In this document: positions 11,891 to 23,828 of the stretch, piece after piece
How the letters are laid out: the number at the start of each line of letters is the position of its first letter
How positions within the stretch are numbered: the first letter of the stretch is position 1
From: Heptranchias perlo
Taxonomy: Eukaryota
Direction: 5' to 3'
DNA length: 64,000 nucleotides
Assembly (NCBI RefSeq): GCF_035084215.1
Contig: NC_090334.1
Span: forward strand, 55,924,001-55,988,000
The notes under the pieces: generated by a model
Seen by the model: only the letters and a program-made list of their open reading frames with translations
What the model was told of the DNA's origin: nothing
Database searches by the model: none
Program-made: the position numbers and the translations under genes

Positions 11891-12498
11891 ATTTGCTGAT
11901 TTCTCCTTTCTCCCTCAAAGCCCATAGTTGCAATGGCCCTTTAAATACTCTGGCTCCCAGCACGTCATTTAGGTTCCCCATACGCCCGCTGCGCAGCTTG
12001 GAGACGCAAAACCCAGAGGTCAAATTAAGGGCCTTCAATTAAGTTGTGTTCGCTCGAGAAAACACACAAAATTTCTTTCTGGGTTTCCCACACGCGTATG
12101 ACCCTCCCCCCCCGCTGAGATCCCGCCAGTATGTTAAAATTTACCCCGATAACTCTGTTTCTTTCCACAGATGCTGCCTGACCTGCTGAATGGTCTCCAG
12201 CATTTCCTGTTTTTATTGTAGTTCTTCAGGGTTGTTTGCAGAGCCTGCTAAGTGGGCAACATTTTGCATTTAGTAATTTTTGTGCTTATTTAGAGCTGAG
12301 CAAGGCAGGAATCTTCTTTAAAGTGGTTGTGATTTTCTTTCTCTATGAGTAAATACTGTACAACATTTAAATTACAGTTGAGCAGAATTAAAAGCTTAAT
12401 GTTTCTGCAGCCATTGAATTTTTCATTCCTATTTCCGAAGATTCCTAGAGGATTTTGAAATTGTGCTGGGAGCTTTTTAGTCAGTCCTGTAAGATAAT

Positions 12499-13283
12499 GG
12501 GCTGGATTTTGCTCTAAAAATAACAGCAAGGCTAACAGCGCTCACCGTTATTTCAGTGCATCTGGCACAGCAACTTTCAGCGACCGCACATGCGCAATTA
12601 AACACAGAGATCTGGAAGTTGCTCTACATGATGCCTTGCTCCTCCGTAATCTCTTCCCAGAACTGCATCTCGTCGGCTGACTCACTGTTCAGATTAATGG
12701 AACAGTGTGAAGGTCCTGCACTGCCCAGAGGGAAATGAATTAATCGCCAGAAAAAGATATGTCAAGTTTTTAAGTCAAAGCAAATGGCATGGTAAGTCTT
12801 AATGACTGCCAAACAACCTCTCTGCACTGAAAATTAACTTTTACAAGTGTGGAGTCTCATTTCTTCACATTTTAATTGTTGGACATTCATAAAAAAATTA
12901 CTTTTTTTATTTTTAAAATTTTTCTTTTTGTCTCTTTTATCTCTGTCTTTTAATTCAATATTTCTTACCCTCTCTTTATTTTGCTTTCTGTAACTGATTT
13001 GACATTGAATTTACTATCCTAATTTACACTTACTGGTTCTGCGTCTGCGTAGGTTATCGATCTGATTGGTTAAGGGGATAGACAGCTCCTTATCCTGTTC
13101 ACACAGGTCCCAGATGCCCTGGAGAGGGTGCCACGCTGGATTGAGGGCCCCAGGAGAGGAACTTGCCGTGCAAAAGCCCATGAAATGTCCTGTGATATTT
13201 TAGCAGCTGCTTTGCACTCCCACAGTTTAGGATCAGCAACTATTGGGTTGGCCTAATTATATACTCAGTGCAAGTTCCTGCCC
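12499..13283. mobile_element. Non-autonomous Harbinger-type element
   Basis: Ends GGGCTGGATTTTGC and GCAAGTTCCTGCCC are imperfect inverted repeats; AAT lies 5' of the left end. Confidence 0.55.
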
Positions 13284-13439
13284 TTTTCTGGGCCTCCCAC
13301 CACGATCTCACACAGTTGGGGGTTTAGGAAAATCGGCACTCTGCGGCTCTTAAAGGGACTGTACCTGTGAATTAAAGGCGAGCTGCTTTCTATCTGCAGG
13401 AAAATGACAGGCTGCAAAAGTTGTTACAGTTGCTAAAAT

Positions 13440-13665
13440 ATCACAGGAGCCAAACAAAGTGCACTTCCATTCACTGATGCAGCTGTGGAACTGGTTCTTC
13501 AGAAAGTGGGCAAAAGGAGGGTTGCTTTGTTCGACACTGCTGGGCACCCTGTCCGTGGGGAGCAGTGCAGATTGTTCAGGAGGAAGTGGTGAAAAGGGTG
13601 AATGCCGTGTCCAACACAAACAGAACCTGGATGCAGATGAGTGAGAATGTTGATGGTGTTGAGAT
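13440..13665 (+). pseudogene. Degenerate Harbinger Myb/SANT exon
   Basis: LPFTDAAVELVLQKVGKRRVALF and EEVVKRVNAVSNTNRTWMQ across frameshifts; ends where the 30-bp array begins. Confidence 0.65.
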
Positions 13666-14918
13666 AAGGCTACCCAGCATAAGATATGCTGAGGTAAGGC
13701 TACCCAGCATAAGATATGCTGAGGTAAGGCTACCCAGCATAAGATATGTTGAGGTAAGGCTACCCAGCATAAGATATGCTGAGGTAAGGCTACCCAGCAT
13801 AAGATATGCTGAGGTAAGGCTACCCAGCATAAGATATGTTGAGGTAAGGCTACCCAGCATAAGATATGCTGAGGTAAGGCTACCCAGCATAAGATATGTT
13901 GAGGTAAGGCTACCCAGCATAAGATATGTTGAGATAAGGCTACCCAGCATAAGATATGTTGAGGTAAGGCTACCCAGCATAAGGTATGTTGAGATAAGGC
14001 TACCCAGCATAAGGTATGTTGAGGTAAGGCTACCCAGAATAAGATATGTTGAGGTAAGGCTACCCAGCATAAGATATGTTGAGGTAAGGCTACCCAGCAT
14101 AAGGTATGTTGAGATAAGGCTACCCAGCATAAGATATGTTGAGGTAAGGCTACCCAGCATAAGATAATTGTAAACAATTTTACAACACCAACTTGGTGTT
14201 GTAAAATTGTTTACAATTGTCAACCCCAGTCCATCACCGGCATCTCCACATCAGCATAAGATATGTTGAGGTAAGGCTACCCAGCATAAGATATGTTGAG
14301 GTAAGGCTACCCAGCATAAGATATGTTGAGGTAAGGTTACCCAGCATAAGATATGTTGAGGTAAGGCTACCCAGCATAAGGTTTGTTGAGGTAAGGTTAC
14401 CCAGCGTAAGGTTTGTTGAGGTAAGGGTACCCAGCATAAGATATGTTGAGGTAAGGTTACCCAGCATAAGGTTTGTTGAAGTAAGGGTACCCAGCATAAG
14501 GTTTGTTGAAGTAAGGGTACCCAGCATAAGGTTTGTTGAAGTAAGGGTACCCAGCATAAGGTTTGTTGAAGTAAGGGTACCCAGCATAAGATATGTTGAG
14601 GTAAGGTTACCCAGCATAAGGTTTGTTGAAGTAAGGGTACCCAGCATAAGGTTTGTTGAAGTAAGGGTACCCAGCATAAGGTTTGTTGAGGTAAGGGTAC
14701 CCAGCATAAGGTTTGTTGAAGTAAGGGTACCCAGCATAAGGTTTGTTGAAGTAAGGGTACCCAGCATAAGGTTTGTTGAGGTAAGGGTACCCAGCATAAG
14801 GTTTGTTGAAGTAAGGGTACCCAGCATAAGGTTTGTTGAGGTAAGGTTACCCAGCATAAGGTTTGTTGAGGTAAGGTTACCCAGCATAAGGTTTGTTGAA
14901 GTAAGGTTACCCAGCATA
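13658..14918. repeat. 30-bp minisatellite (GTTGAGGTAAGGCTACCCAGCATAAGATAT) in two blocks, ~17 and ~22 copies
   Basis: Direct 30-nt periodicity at 13658-14165 and 14252-14918; the two blocks carry different variants. Confidence 0.97.
14166..14251 (+). mobile_element. Very short Penelope-like insertion with inverted 5' end
   Basis: Perfect 26-bp inverted repeat (14166-14191 and 14193-14218), then GTCAACCCCAGTCCATCACCGGCATCTCCACAT; CAGCATAAGAT duplicated at 14155-14165 and 14252-14262. Family call is from recall of shark Penelope ends. Confidence 0.65.
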
Positions 14919-15461
14919 AAACAACTGCTGCAGTCAATGGGCATTATAACCTCTTACTTGAGAGATAATTCAGTTTTTGCTGGTCACTGTTGGTCAATTC
15001 ACCATCAGCCACGCTAAAGTACCATGGGAGGAGCTGTTCCACATATACTGCAGTTATACTGCATGTTCGGTATTGGTCTCAGTAGTGGGGACTTCTGCTC
15101 AACAGCTGCACATATTAGGAAATTGCGGGCGTGTGTTCAGAAAATTCCATTCAGTTTGTCTTTGAGTAGAGTTCAATACCTGTGCCTTTTATTCATTGAT
15201 CGAATTGCATGATTCTGTCTTTAAGAGTCAGTTATAAATTATGTTCCCGCGCAGAGCTTCACGCGCCAGGACAGCATACTGGAAATTCAAGCAAGCTGAT
15301 CAGCATACCCCACATGGTTTCCAACCCACTGTAAAGGAGTGGCAGGCTACGTACTGTGTGCTCCTGGTGTGTAAAGCTCGGCACTGAAAGCACTAATTCC
15401 TAAAAACTACTCTCACATAACTTCTACTCATTGAGATGATTCCAGTTATCGATTATTCTAT

Positions 15462-15619
15462 CTAGGCAGCGTGCTTGTCACAGTAGATAATGTGGTTTTC
15501 TCTCTGTGCACGTTCTGCATCAAACACCAGCAGGTGGCTGGCCAGGGTCTCTTCTGGGCTGGTCCTGATCAGTAATGGATCATTCCCAGTTACAACCGAC
15601 ATGAAGTTACAAATTAACA
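15462..15619 (-). CDS. Probable terminal exon of a Gfo/Idh/MocA-family (YteT-like) oxidoreductase; may be a pseudogene exon
   Basis: Acceptor TTGTTTTCTCTTTCTCATTTTAG; peptide LICNFMSVVTGNDPLLIRTSPEETLASHLLVFDAERAQRENHIIYCDKHAA* fits the recalled C-terminal motif F.SAV..NDPS.I.SGPEETL.SHLLVF.AE.SR.E.RVV; AATAAA on minus strand at 15188-15193. Confidence 0.7.
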
Positions 15620-15839
15620 CTAAAATGAGAAAGAGAAAACAATCCAAAGGTATTTTCTGCATTTTAAAATTAGGATTCCAAGCAGCTGAACAGTTACATC
15701 CTGTATTTGTTGCAACACTGTAGTAACCTACACTTTTATTCAAAAAAAATATTTTATAGGCAGTTTATAGATCTTGAAGTTGGAAATTGCTAAGCATAAG
15801 CATTCGCTCTTCCTTCAGTGAAGAAAAATAGACTTTACA

Positions 15840-16268
15840 GTATCCATCTCTCTCACTGGCCACTGTCTGAGGCTGAACCAGACCTTTCTCAACCTTGGCG
15901 TCCTATTTGACCTGGAGCGGAGCTTCCGACACCATATCCTCTCCATCACCAAGACTGCCTACTTCTACCTCTGTAACATCGCCTGTCTCTGCCCCCGCCT
16001 CAGCTCACCTGCTGCTGAAACCCTCATCCATGCCTTTTGATACCTCTAGACCCAACTATTCCAATGCTCTCCTGGCTGGCCTCCCATCTTCCACCCTCCA
16101 TAAACTTGAGCTCACCCGAAACTCTGCTGCCCGTATCCTAATTCACACCAAGCCCCGTTCACCCATCATCCCTGTGCTCACTGACCTACATTGGCTCCCA
16201 GTCCAGCAACACCTCGATTTTAAAATTCTCATCCTTGATTTCAAATCCCTCCAAGGTCTCGCCCCTTC
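15840..16268 (+). mobile_element. L2 LINE ORF2 fragment
   Basis: SRPNYSNALLAGLPSSTLHKLE, LTDLHWLPV, FKILIL; homologous to 8205-8625. Confidence 0.88.
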
Positions 16269-16689
16269 TGGGGTGGGGTGGGGGTTTAAAATCGAGGCCT
16301 TGATGTACTTTTGCGGAGATAAGGGCAAGGTTAAAGATAAGACAGCTGCCTGACACACCTCGGAAGACTGTGAGAAACTGTCATACACATTAGCAAACTG
16401 CTTTTGCATCAGTGAGAAAGATATAAAAACAGCCATTTTAGTAAGTTCGAGGAGACAGGCCAGAAGCAGAGACCAAGAAGGATGTCAACGAAGAATTAAC
16501 CCCTCAGTCTCCAGAAGCAGAAGACTTGATCATTCTGAGTTTCGAGTTGTACTACTGACTAAGGTTGTCAGCATCTCTATCTGTAAAACTGTTGTGTTTT
16601 AATGGCGATAACACCAATTATTTAGAAAAGTTGTCAGCCTTGGATGATCTTTACCTCTCGGTATCCTAAGTAAGAGACTGTTAAAAAAC

Positions 16690-19130
16690 CCTACAATATC
16701 ATTTCAATGGATGACTTGTGGGTAATAACACATACACTTCCTCGCCTTAGATAATGTACCCACTAAGAGTGACCTGAACAGCGGCAGAGGAGCTCTACAA
16801 AGAGACACTTGCCTCTACCAGAGTCATCATTGAGAGGATCATCAGCATCTTAAAGGGACATTTTCAGTAACCTAGAACATAAGAAATAGGAGCAGGAGTA
16901 GGCTATCCAGCCCCTCGAGCCTGCTCCGCCATTCAACAAGATCATGGCTGATATTCTACCTCAATGCCATTTTCCCCATATCCCTTGATGCCTTTAATAT
17001 CTAGAAATCTATCGATCTCTGTTTTGAATGTACTCAATGACTGAGCCTCCACAGCCTGCTGGGGAGAGAATTCCAAAGATTCACCACCCTCTGAGTGAAG
17101 AAATTTCTCCTCATCTCAGTCCGAAATGGCCGACCCCTTATTCTGAGACCCCTGGTTCTAGACTCCCCAGCCAGGGGAAACATCCTCCCTGCATCTACCC
17201 TGTCGCGCCCTGTAAGAATTTTGTGTCTTTCAATGAGATCACCTCTCATTCTTCTAAACTCTAGAGAATACAGGCTAACTTGACAAATCAGAATGGGGCT
17301 CTGGAATATGCTCCAACTTGTTCATCCTGCATAGTTGTAGCTTCCTGTTCATTGCACAACTTTGCCATCCAAAAATGGCTGAACATGGACATTCCTGGGG
17401 AGGTGGCTTTTGCTGCTCTGGAAGCAGAACTACATGAAGGAGAGCATCAGAATGACCATCGCTCCTTAGAGTCCTCAACGCCTGCTGACCCCAGGGCCTG
17501 GAAGCCAGTATGCAGGGTCCTGTCCAATCTCTCCCCTACTGCCACTAGGGCTGCAGTCTTCTGCGGAGGAGGAGGAGGAACCGACTGGCCCCAGGCTGCT
17601 GCAGATTCCAATGAAGGTGCCAACACTCCATTGATGCCTGCAATAAAGAAGAAGTTTCCAAGGTGTTGTCACAAATCAGGGCAGTGGACTATGAAAGTCA
17701 CACCTTCCTGTTGCCTCATATCCTTCGAGGCTGACCTCGGAGCCTGCATGTTGGAGTGATATTCCTTGAACATCCTGCTTTTCATGAGTTCTGGCTCCCA
17801 TAATTCCGAAACCATGAGCAGCCTTCTTCTCAGCCCCTGGTAGGTGGCACATCCTCAGCCACACCACATTCTTCTGGTTCCCTGGAGGTCTGTGAATCAC
17901 TCAGTGTCACATCTTCACTAACGCTATCTAATTCTCCCCGGGAGGAAATATTTGAGGTGGTGCATGGGAGTTAAAAAGCCAATGACGTAGGTGGTGAAAT
18001 GAAGAAGATTGTGACAGAGGAACATGGTGCACGATCTAGGTCGAGGGACTCATGGGTTGGCTTGACTTTCACTTTGTCACCCTCTTCATTGTCATCCTCC
18101 CTGGCATCTTCATCACCGTAGTCCATGAAGATGATTTCCCTTCTTTCCTGCTCATAGTCCTCCTCTTTGTGTTCATCAACTTCCTCATCCTCTGATCCCT
18201 GTTTCTGTGATGTATCTGGAGGAAAGGAGGGCATAAACAAAGAATGGGTTAACACCCTTGGGAATAAGAAGACAGGGAAAGATGTAAAAGCTGTAGCTGT
18301 GTGTTGCTTCACAGAGATGCCATGATAACTGCATAGGTGTGCACCCCTTAAGCTGATGCCAGTACTGTGCCACCAACCACGCATTTCCTGTGGGTAGAGT
18401 AGAATGCCACCCCAGCAGCTCCATGTAAGGAATGAGATCTTTGATGGTAGGGAAGTTCCCTCAAGTGCCCTGTATCTTTTGGGCTTTGTGCGTTCGAATC
18501 CCCGCAACAAGATTTAGTGAATTAGACAAAGGCTAGTAATTCAGAGCTGTTTCAAAGGTGGCATTGGACAACTGATGTGAGAGATCTGGTGGTATCACCT
18601 TGTTAAAGTGGAGAAAGAGGTTTAATGGCTCTGCATGCAGATAGTTGCTGTTAGGGGAGATGGCGAAACATGCTGTAAGATCCTGAGTTAGTGCTTAACC
18701 AATTTCAGTTTGATAAGAAAAGGCTTTAGCTTTTCTTCAAGAGTCTAGGCCACACCTCTCTCCTGGATCCCCCACCTCCCCCCAGCCTCTCCTGGTTGGG
18801 CCCACTTGTGTCTGTTTGTAAGCCAGTACACCTCATCTCTCTAGGCCTACTGGCATCCAGTCCTCCGGATCCCTACTGAGATGGAGAAGTGGAAACTCAC
18901 AGCTTAGGGAGTCACCACCCCAGCTCCAGCCATGATATCATTTTCATTGTAAGGTACAGGCCGAGGTGCCTCCTCTTCCAAGGCCAACAGGGAAATCCCG
19001 GAATCAGCAGGTACTTGGCATAACCAGGTCCCTACCATTTCTGGCAGGTCGTTACGGGATCTGTAATGGTGGAACCCCGCCCACTTTTCTGCCTAACCCG
19101 TTTTCTGCTGTTATTTCTGGCAGTTGGGGG
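16690..19130. mobile_element. Degenerate Harbinger: transposase C-terminus (+, ~16690-17400) and convergent acidic accessory-gene remnant (-, ~17970-18510)
   Basis: TRVIIERIISILKGHF, GALEYAP, IVVASCSLHNFAIQ; minus-strand acceptor CCTTTCCTCCAG at 18216 followed by a D/E-rich exon containing SLDL. Confidence 0.7.
16874..17275 (-). mobile_element. CR1 3' fragment inserted in the Harbinger transposase
   Basis: MRGDLIE...RRNFFTQRVVNLWNSLP; near-TSD TAACCT (16868-16873) and TAACTT (17276-17281). Confidence 0.9.
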
Positions 19131-20199
19131 AAGTGCCCTCATTCATGACTGGCACATTCAAATGAGGCGATGATGACATTATGCTCTTTTTCTGTTATTT
19201 CTATCTCGTATAAGGTCACTCTCAGTAATGCCAATATAAAACTACCATCCAGAATTGCATGATGCTACCTTCAAAGTGAAGCAAGTTTTAAAAACCAGCT
19301 TGTACATTTACAGGTGATTGACTACATTATGGAGCTGAAAATTTGGAAACTGAGTATTTACCTTTGGCCTAAGAAAAACCTCAGGGGATGTCAAGTGGAG
19401 CATAGGTGGGCCAGTCCACCTTACAAGGGCACATTGGCCCAGGCACCACTGAAGCGCTATTGCAGGCATGGGCCTCACCCTGACCATGCAGATGATGTCG
19501 TCAGTTTGGCACAGGGTCTTTGGGCTTGGGCAGCTGAGAATTCCACTTCACTGAACCTCTGCCGGTAGAGGAGGACTCTGGAATTTTAGGCCCAATGTGG
19601 TTAAATACATGGCTACTTTTTTGCTATTCTTTTGTGAGTTACACTATGTAAAATCAGTCAGTTCAGGTTTAATTCTAGAAAGACACATGAGAGTGTTTTA
19701 ATATGAGATGGGGATTATGCTCATTGATAATTTTTGTATGCAATACATGTATGAATAATTTAGCAATTCTGAGTACATTAGTGTATTGCAGTCCAAAATA
19801 AGTTTCACTTTAATGATATTGAAATAACACCTTTATGTTTTAATCTTCTGAAGTTTAATTAGAGAGAGACTTCCATACAACCAGTAAAGAGGATATACTA
19901 ATGTGCTATGAACTGATTAGGGATCTTAAAGGGTTCGGCACATCCTTACTCATTTAGACATTTACAGAGAAGTGATAAAATATCTGGTCCACAGCTGCTT
20001 GAAATTTTACTAGCTCCATTATGCATTTCTTAAAGCTTCAATGCCCCACAATAATTTTTAATTAAACTTCCAAAAATAACTCTAACTTGATAGATCAGTC
20101 CCCTATTCTTTTTATTAGTAAGGCATAGAGCAGATTTGCCTTACTATTATTTGCCTTTAGAGCTTAGTTCACTATAATAGTGACTTGGCCTGCAGGCTT

Positions 20200-20468
20200 T
20201 ACTCAGCTTGAAACCTGCATAGTCACACCTTTATTGTTGAACCTTCACCTGTCTTGGGCCTACCCTCTGGCAGTCTCTCCCTAAATCCCTTCACCTTGTT
20301 ACCACTCTCCACATCTTCAAAAGCTTCCTCAAAATTGACCTCTCCTACCATGCTTTCAGTCCTCTCTCCTAATTCTTCTATTACTGCCTAATGCTAGTTC
20401 TCAATTCTATGAAGCACCTTGGGACATTCACTGTGTTAAAGAATATGACTGTAAATTGTTGTTGATGA
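20200..20468 (+). mobile_element. Old L2 3' fragment
   Basis: Similar to 8740-8976 (CCCTAAATCCCTTCACCT, GAAGCACCTTGGGAC, TTGTTGTTG end). Confidence 0.55.
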
Positions 20469-20639
20469 TCGGCTTGCTTATTGAGTGCTGGATGCTATTA
20501 ATTTGCTCATGCAGATTTTGTGTGAGTTAAGCATAGTGCATTTCCTTTACCATCTTCTAACTTCTGCTCACCTTCCACTTACCTGTCTCCCTATTTATTT
20601 TATTAAGTCATTTACCATCTGAACATTAATATATTAGGT

Positions 20640-21070
20640 GGAAACTCTTCCTGGTCTTGCACAGTATGGGACTGATATGGGAAACCCTGATGCCTACGAG
20701 TGCCATCTTTGGTGCTGGCCACTTTGTTTAACCTCTGCACCCTGTCAATGGTGCTGCCCCTCACAGACAGTATTTGTCAGTTGCTTGATACTTGTGCGCT
20801 CTGCAGACTGCCTGGTGTTGCAGATGTCTCTTGCAGTGACTTGCAAGGTTCCAGTAGCTTGAAAGTTTCATGCTGTGATAACTTTCACTTTTATAGGAAG
20901 AACCATCCCTCTCCCAAATGTTGTCTGCGGACTATTGTGCGGGAGATGGTACAACTGTATACTAGCTTGTTACAAAGTGAAGAAAGGTCCTCCAACATAT
21001 CCAAATATGTGTAGAAGGGTCCATAACTGTGAGTCTCTGGATAGTGAGGGTGTGAATAAGACATCTCAGG
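20640..21070 (-). pseudogene. Harbinger transposase N-terminal relic
   Basis: Minus translation LPIKVKVITA*NFQATGTLQVTARDICNTRQSAERTSIKQLTN aligns with LPISVKVTIALNFFASGSFQGATGNITRISQSSAHKCI.QVTD at 9829-9957. Confidence 0.7.
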
Positions 21071-22112
21071 TGTCGTTGACCCTATACTTGTTGTCTGTTC
21101 ATGAACTTGCTTTTCTCATCTAAATCATCTAAACACAAGAAAGGAAATACTTTTACCAGCAACTTAAACTATGATCTCCCTTTAAGAAGCCTACTTGAGA
21201 GGGCCAAGGCTCAGGACATCTAATGCACCCATTTAAAACATTTAAAACAAGGTCAATGGAGCAATTACCAAAGGTTATGAAATTTGGCATGGGACCTCAT
21301 TTTAATGATTATATAGTGTATCATTCTGGATGCATGCTCTGTGTTAAAGGGAACATTGTATAACAGCCCTCGATTTTCCATCTTTTAGGTGGAAATCCTT
21401 CCAGTATTAAGACTACTTCTGAAAATATCTATTGAAGTTCAGCAGCACTGTTGCACATGAGGAGAGGTAAACAGGCATTTTTTTATGCTCATTTTATTTG
21501 AAAATATGGAGTTTGCTTTCAAAACACCTCTATTACAGTTTTTCAAGCTTGAAGATGAAAATGACCAAAGAAGACATGCCAGGTAGATTAGCAGGCACGA
21601 GAGGCAGACTGCCTGCACCTGCCATTGAATAGTCCCCACCACTTATATCAGGCACACTGGTGTTAATGTGGTTTGCCTGCTATATTAGGTGGACGGTAAA
21701 ACGAGGAGCACTTCTCGAACATTAACCTAATATTCAAAATGCCTCAAATCACCAGTTAACAAAGTTATCCAGCTTGTATCTGGCCTCACAAACTTTATTT
21801 GAGCCACACTTATTAGCAGGGCAAACCACATCATCTAAAACTATGGGTTCGTTTTTTGATGTCGTTAAGTGAACAGCTGTCTCTGGTAAGTCAGCAAGTA
21901 TGAGTTAGGTAGACCGAGGTACTGCACTAAATCACGCTGTGTCATCTTCGGTACCTCATTCATTTTGTTTGGGAGGCCAATTTTTGTGCTGAGACTCATT
22001 GTTCATGTCTTTCCAGCTATGTTTGCTGCTACAGTCAGTGCTGTTAGTACAAACTGTAAACCGACATTAATGACAGGGGATTAAGTGGCCAAGGTAATTG
22101 CAAGCGCACCTT

Positions 22113-22305
22113 AACAACAACAACAACAACAACAACTCACCTTTATATAGCGCCTTTAATGTAGTAAAATGTCCCAAGGCGCTTCACAGGATGATTATCA
22201 AACAAAATTTGACACCGAGCCACATAAGGAGATAATGGGGCAGGTCAACTAGGTAGGTTTTATGCAGCATCTTAAAGGAGGAGAGAGAGGTTTAAAGAGG
22301 GAAAT
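22113..22305 (-). mobile_element. L2 3' end with (AAC)n tail
   Basis: Reverse complement matches 8770-8976. Confidence 0.8.
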
Positions 22306-22499
22306 GAGGTGCGGACAGTTGATTGAACAGCTGAGTCTGCCCGACATAGCAGTAGCGTTTAAAACAGTATAAGCGTGGCCTTTGTTATTAACATCTATGG
22401 AAATAGTAAATGGCTAACGTTAGTTGCCCGGTATAAATGGCTAGTCACAATAACAATGGGCGGTATAAGTGGTGGGGGCTGTATAACCAACCATATCTA

Positions 22500-22750
22500 C
22501 CGGCAATGATCGAGTAGAATTTCCTCTGCAGACTTCAGGACAGCAAGGAGGCAATTGCAGAGCTGTGCCATCTTGCAGTAAGGAGACCCGGAAGCAACCT
22601 CCATAATTGAAACGGCACCGCTCGTGGCAGTCAAGATCACCTCCACTATCAACTGCTATGTGTTCACTTTCTTGAAGGCTATGAAAAGATCATTTGCTGT
22701 ACACAAGTGACTAATGCGTTATTCAGTATGCCCAGTACTTGCAATTATAC
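22500..22750 (+). pseudogene. Harbinger transposase relic
   Basis: SKEAIAELCHL, PLVAVKITSTINCY, TQVTNALFS. Confidence 0.55.
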
Positions 22751-22759
22751 GGTCATTTA

Positions 22760-22896
22760 ACTCATTGCTGTTTGTGGGACTTCGCTGTGCCTAAATTTGC
22801 TGCTGCGTTTCCCTACAGAACCACAGTGAATACGCTTCAGTGGCTGTGAAGTACTTTGGCCATGAAAAGTGCTATACAAATGCAAGTTCTTTCTTT
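22760..22896 (+). mobile_element. Deu-domain SINE 3' fragment
   Basis: TGCTGTTTGTGGGACTTCGCTGTGCCTAAATTTGCTGC...GCTATACAAATGCAAGTTCTTTCTTT; same family as 961-1432. Confidence 0.75.
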
Positions 22897-23644
22897 AGCA
22901 AATATACTTTTTATTAAGCTTGTTTGCCCCTTTAAATACTGGCCAAAACTGGCAATCAAACCATTTCCATGAAATCAGCTCAGAAAACAGCATTTGTGGA
23001 GCAGAGAAATACAGATTGGAAAATAAAAAGATAAAGCAAAAACACAGGCTCAGCTGCCTGAAGAAAGAGAAAATAAATTGAAAAAAAATTGAATATCAAA
23101 GCAATTCAATCTATTAACTGTTCTTTCTTGACATACGTTTGTGGATAACATAATTTTCTCAAACCTCATGTCAAATATTGTACTGTATCTTTGCAAAAAA
23201 ATTTATTATAAGTGCTATAATGAATCATGCAGAACATTTTGTAACCTCAGTACATTTCATTACTGAGTGCAGCACTGTTGTCGTTTTGGGTTTAAACATC
23301 CTGACATAAATTGGGTTAAGCAGTTAACACCTCCACCAGCAGTGTGTTCGCTGAACAGTTTTCACCAAAATACTTGCATGATGCGAGAACTTGGAAAACC
23401 ACGGATTGCGAAAAGGCCATTCAGCTCATCAAGCCTGCTCTGTCCATAGATCATGCAGAACCTGCTCATGTGGATACCATCCCATTTATTTAATCTGATT
23501 GCATTTTAAACCATAATTGAGTCTTTTTAATGTACTGCTTCTGTTTCAAATGTCTGTTGGCATGTAATGCAAATGGCACAACATTTTACTGTTTCCAATC
23601 GTGTATCAATGGAAGCCTAAGTATGGATTAATAGGATTGTAGTT

Positions 23645-23828
23645 ACAAACCTAATTGGTTCACTAATGCCCTTCTTGCAAGGGAATCTGTTGCTCCCTTC
23701 GCAGTTTGGCCGATAAGTGACTCAAGTCTCTCACTACATGGTTGGCCCTTATTCCTTCAGGGTAACTAGAGAGGGGCAATAAATGCTGCTTTGCCAGCAT
23801 CACCCAAGTCAAAAGATCAAATAAAAAA
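23645..23828 (+). mobile_element. SINE 3' fragment sharing its tail with the 49920-51353 LINE family
   Basis: GGGCAATAAATGCTG...GCCAGC matches the reverse complement of 49950-49990. Confidence 0.5.

Larger units (their letters stand above)
9014..12147. mobile_element. Harbinger (PIF/Harbinger) DNA transposon spanning both TIRs, inactive
   Basis: TIRs GAGATAAATTTTACC (9014-9028) and GTTAAAATTTACCCC (12133-12147), 12/15 match; contains convergent transposase and Myb-like genes. Confidence 0.88.

Noticed and set aside
13658-14918. CRISPR-like array
   Set aside because: Units are head-to-tail with no unique spacers, there are no cas genes, and the context is vertebrate. The same applies to the 19-bp and 84-bp arrays.
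13350-15017. 200-275-aa repetitive ORFs on both strands
   Set aside because: Products of the 30-bp minisatellite.
20700-21014. Cys-rich ORF with a signal-peptide-like start
   Set aside because: It is the antisense frame of a Harbinger transposase relic.
21389-21466. AG...GT-bounded candidate exon on the plus strand
   Set aside because: Stops in all three frames and no other support.
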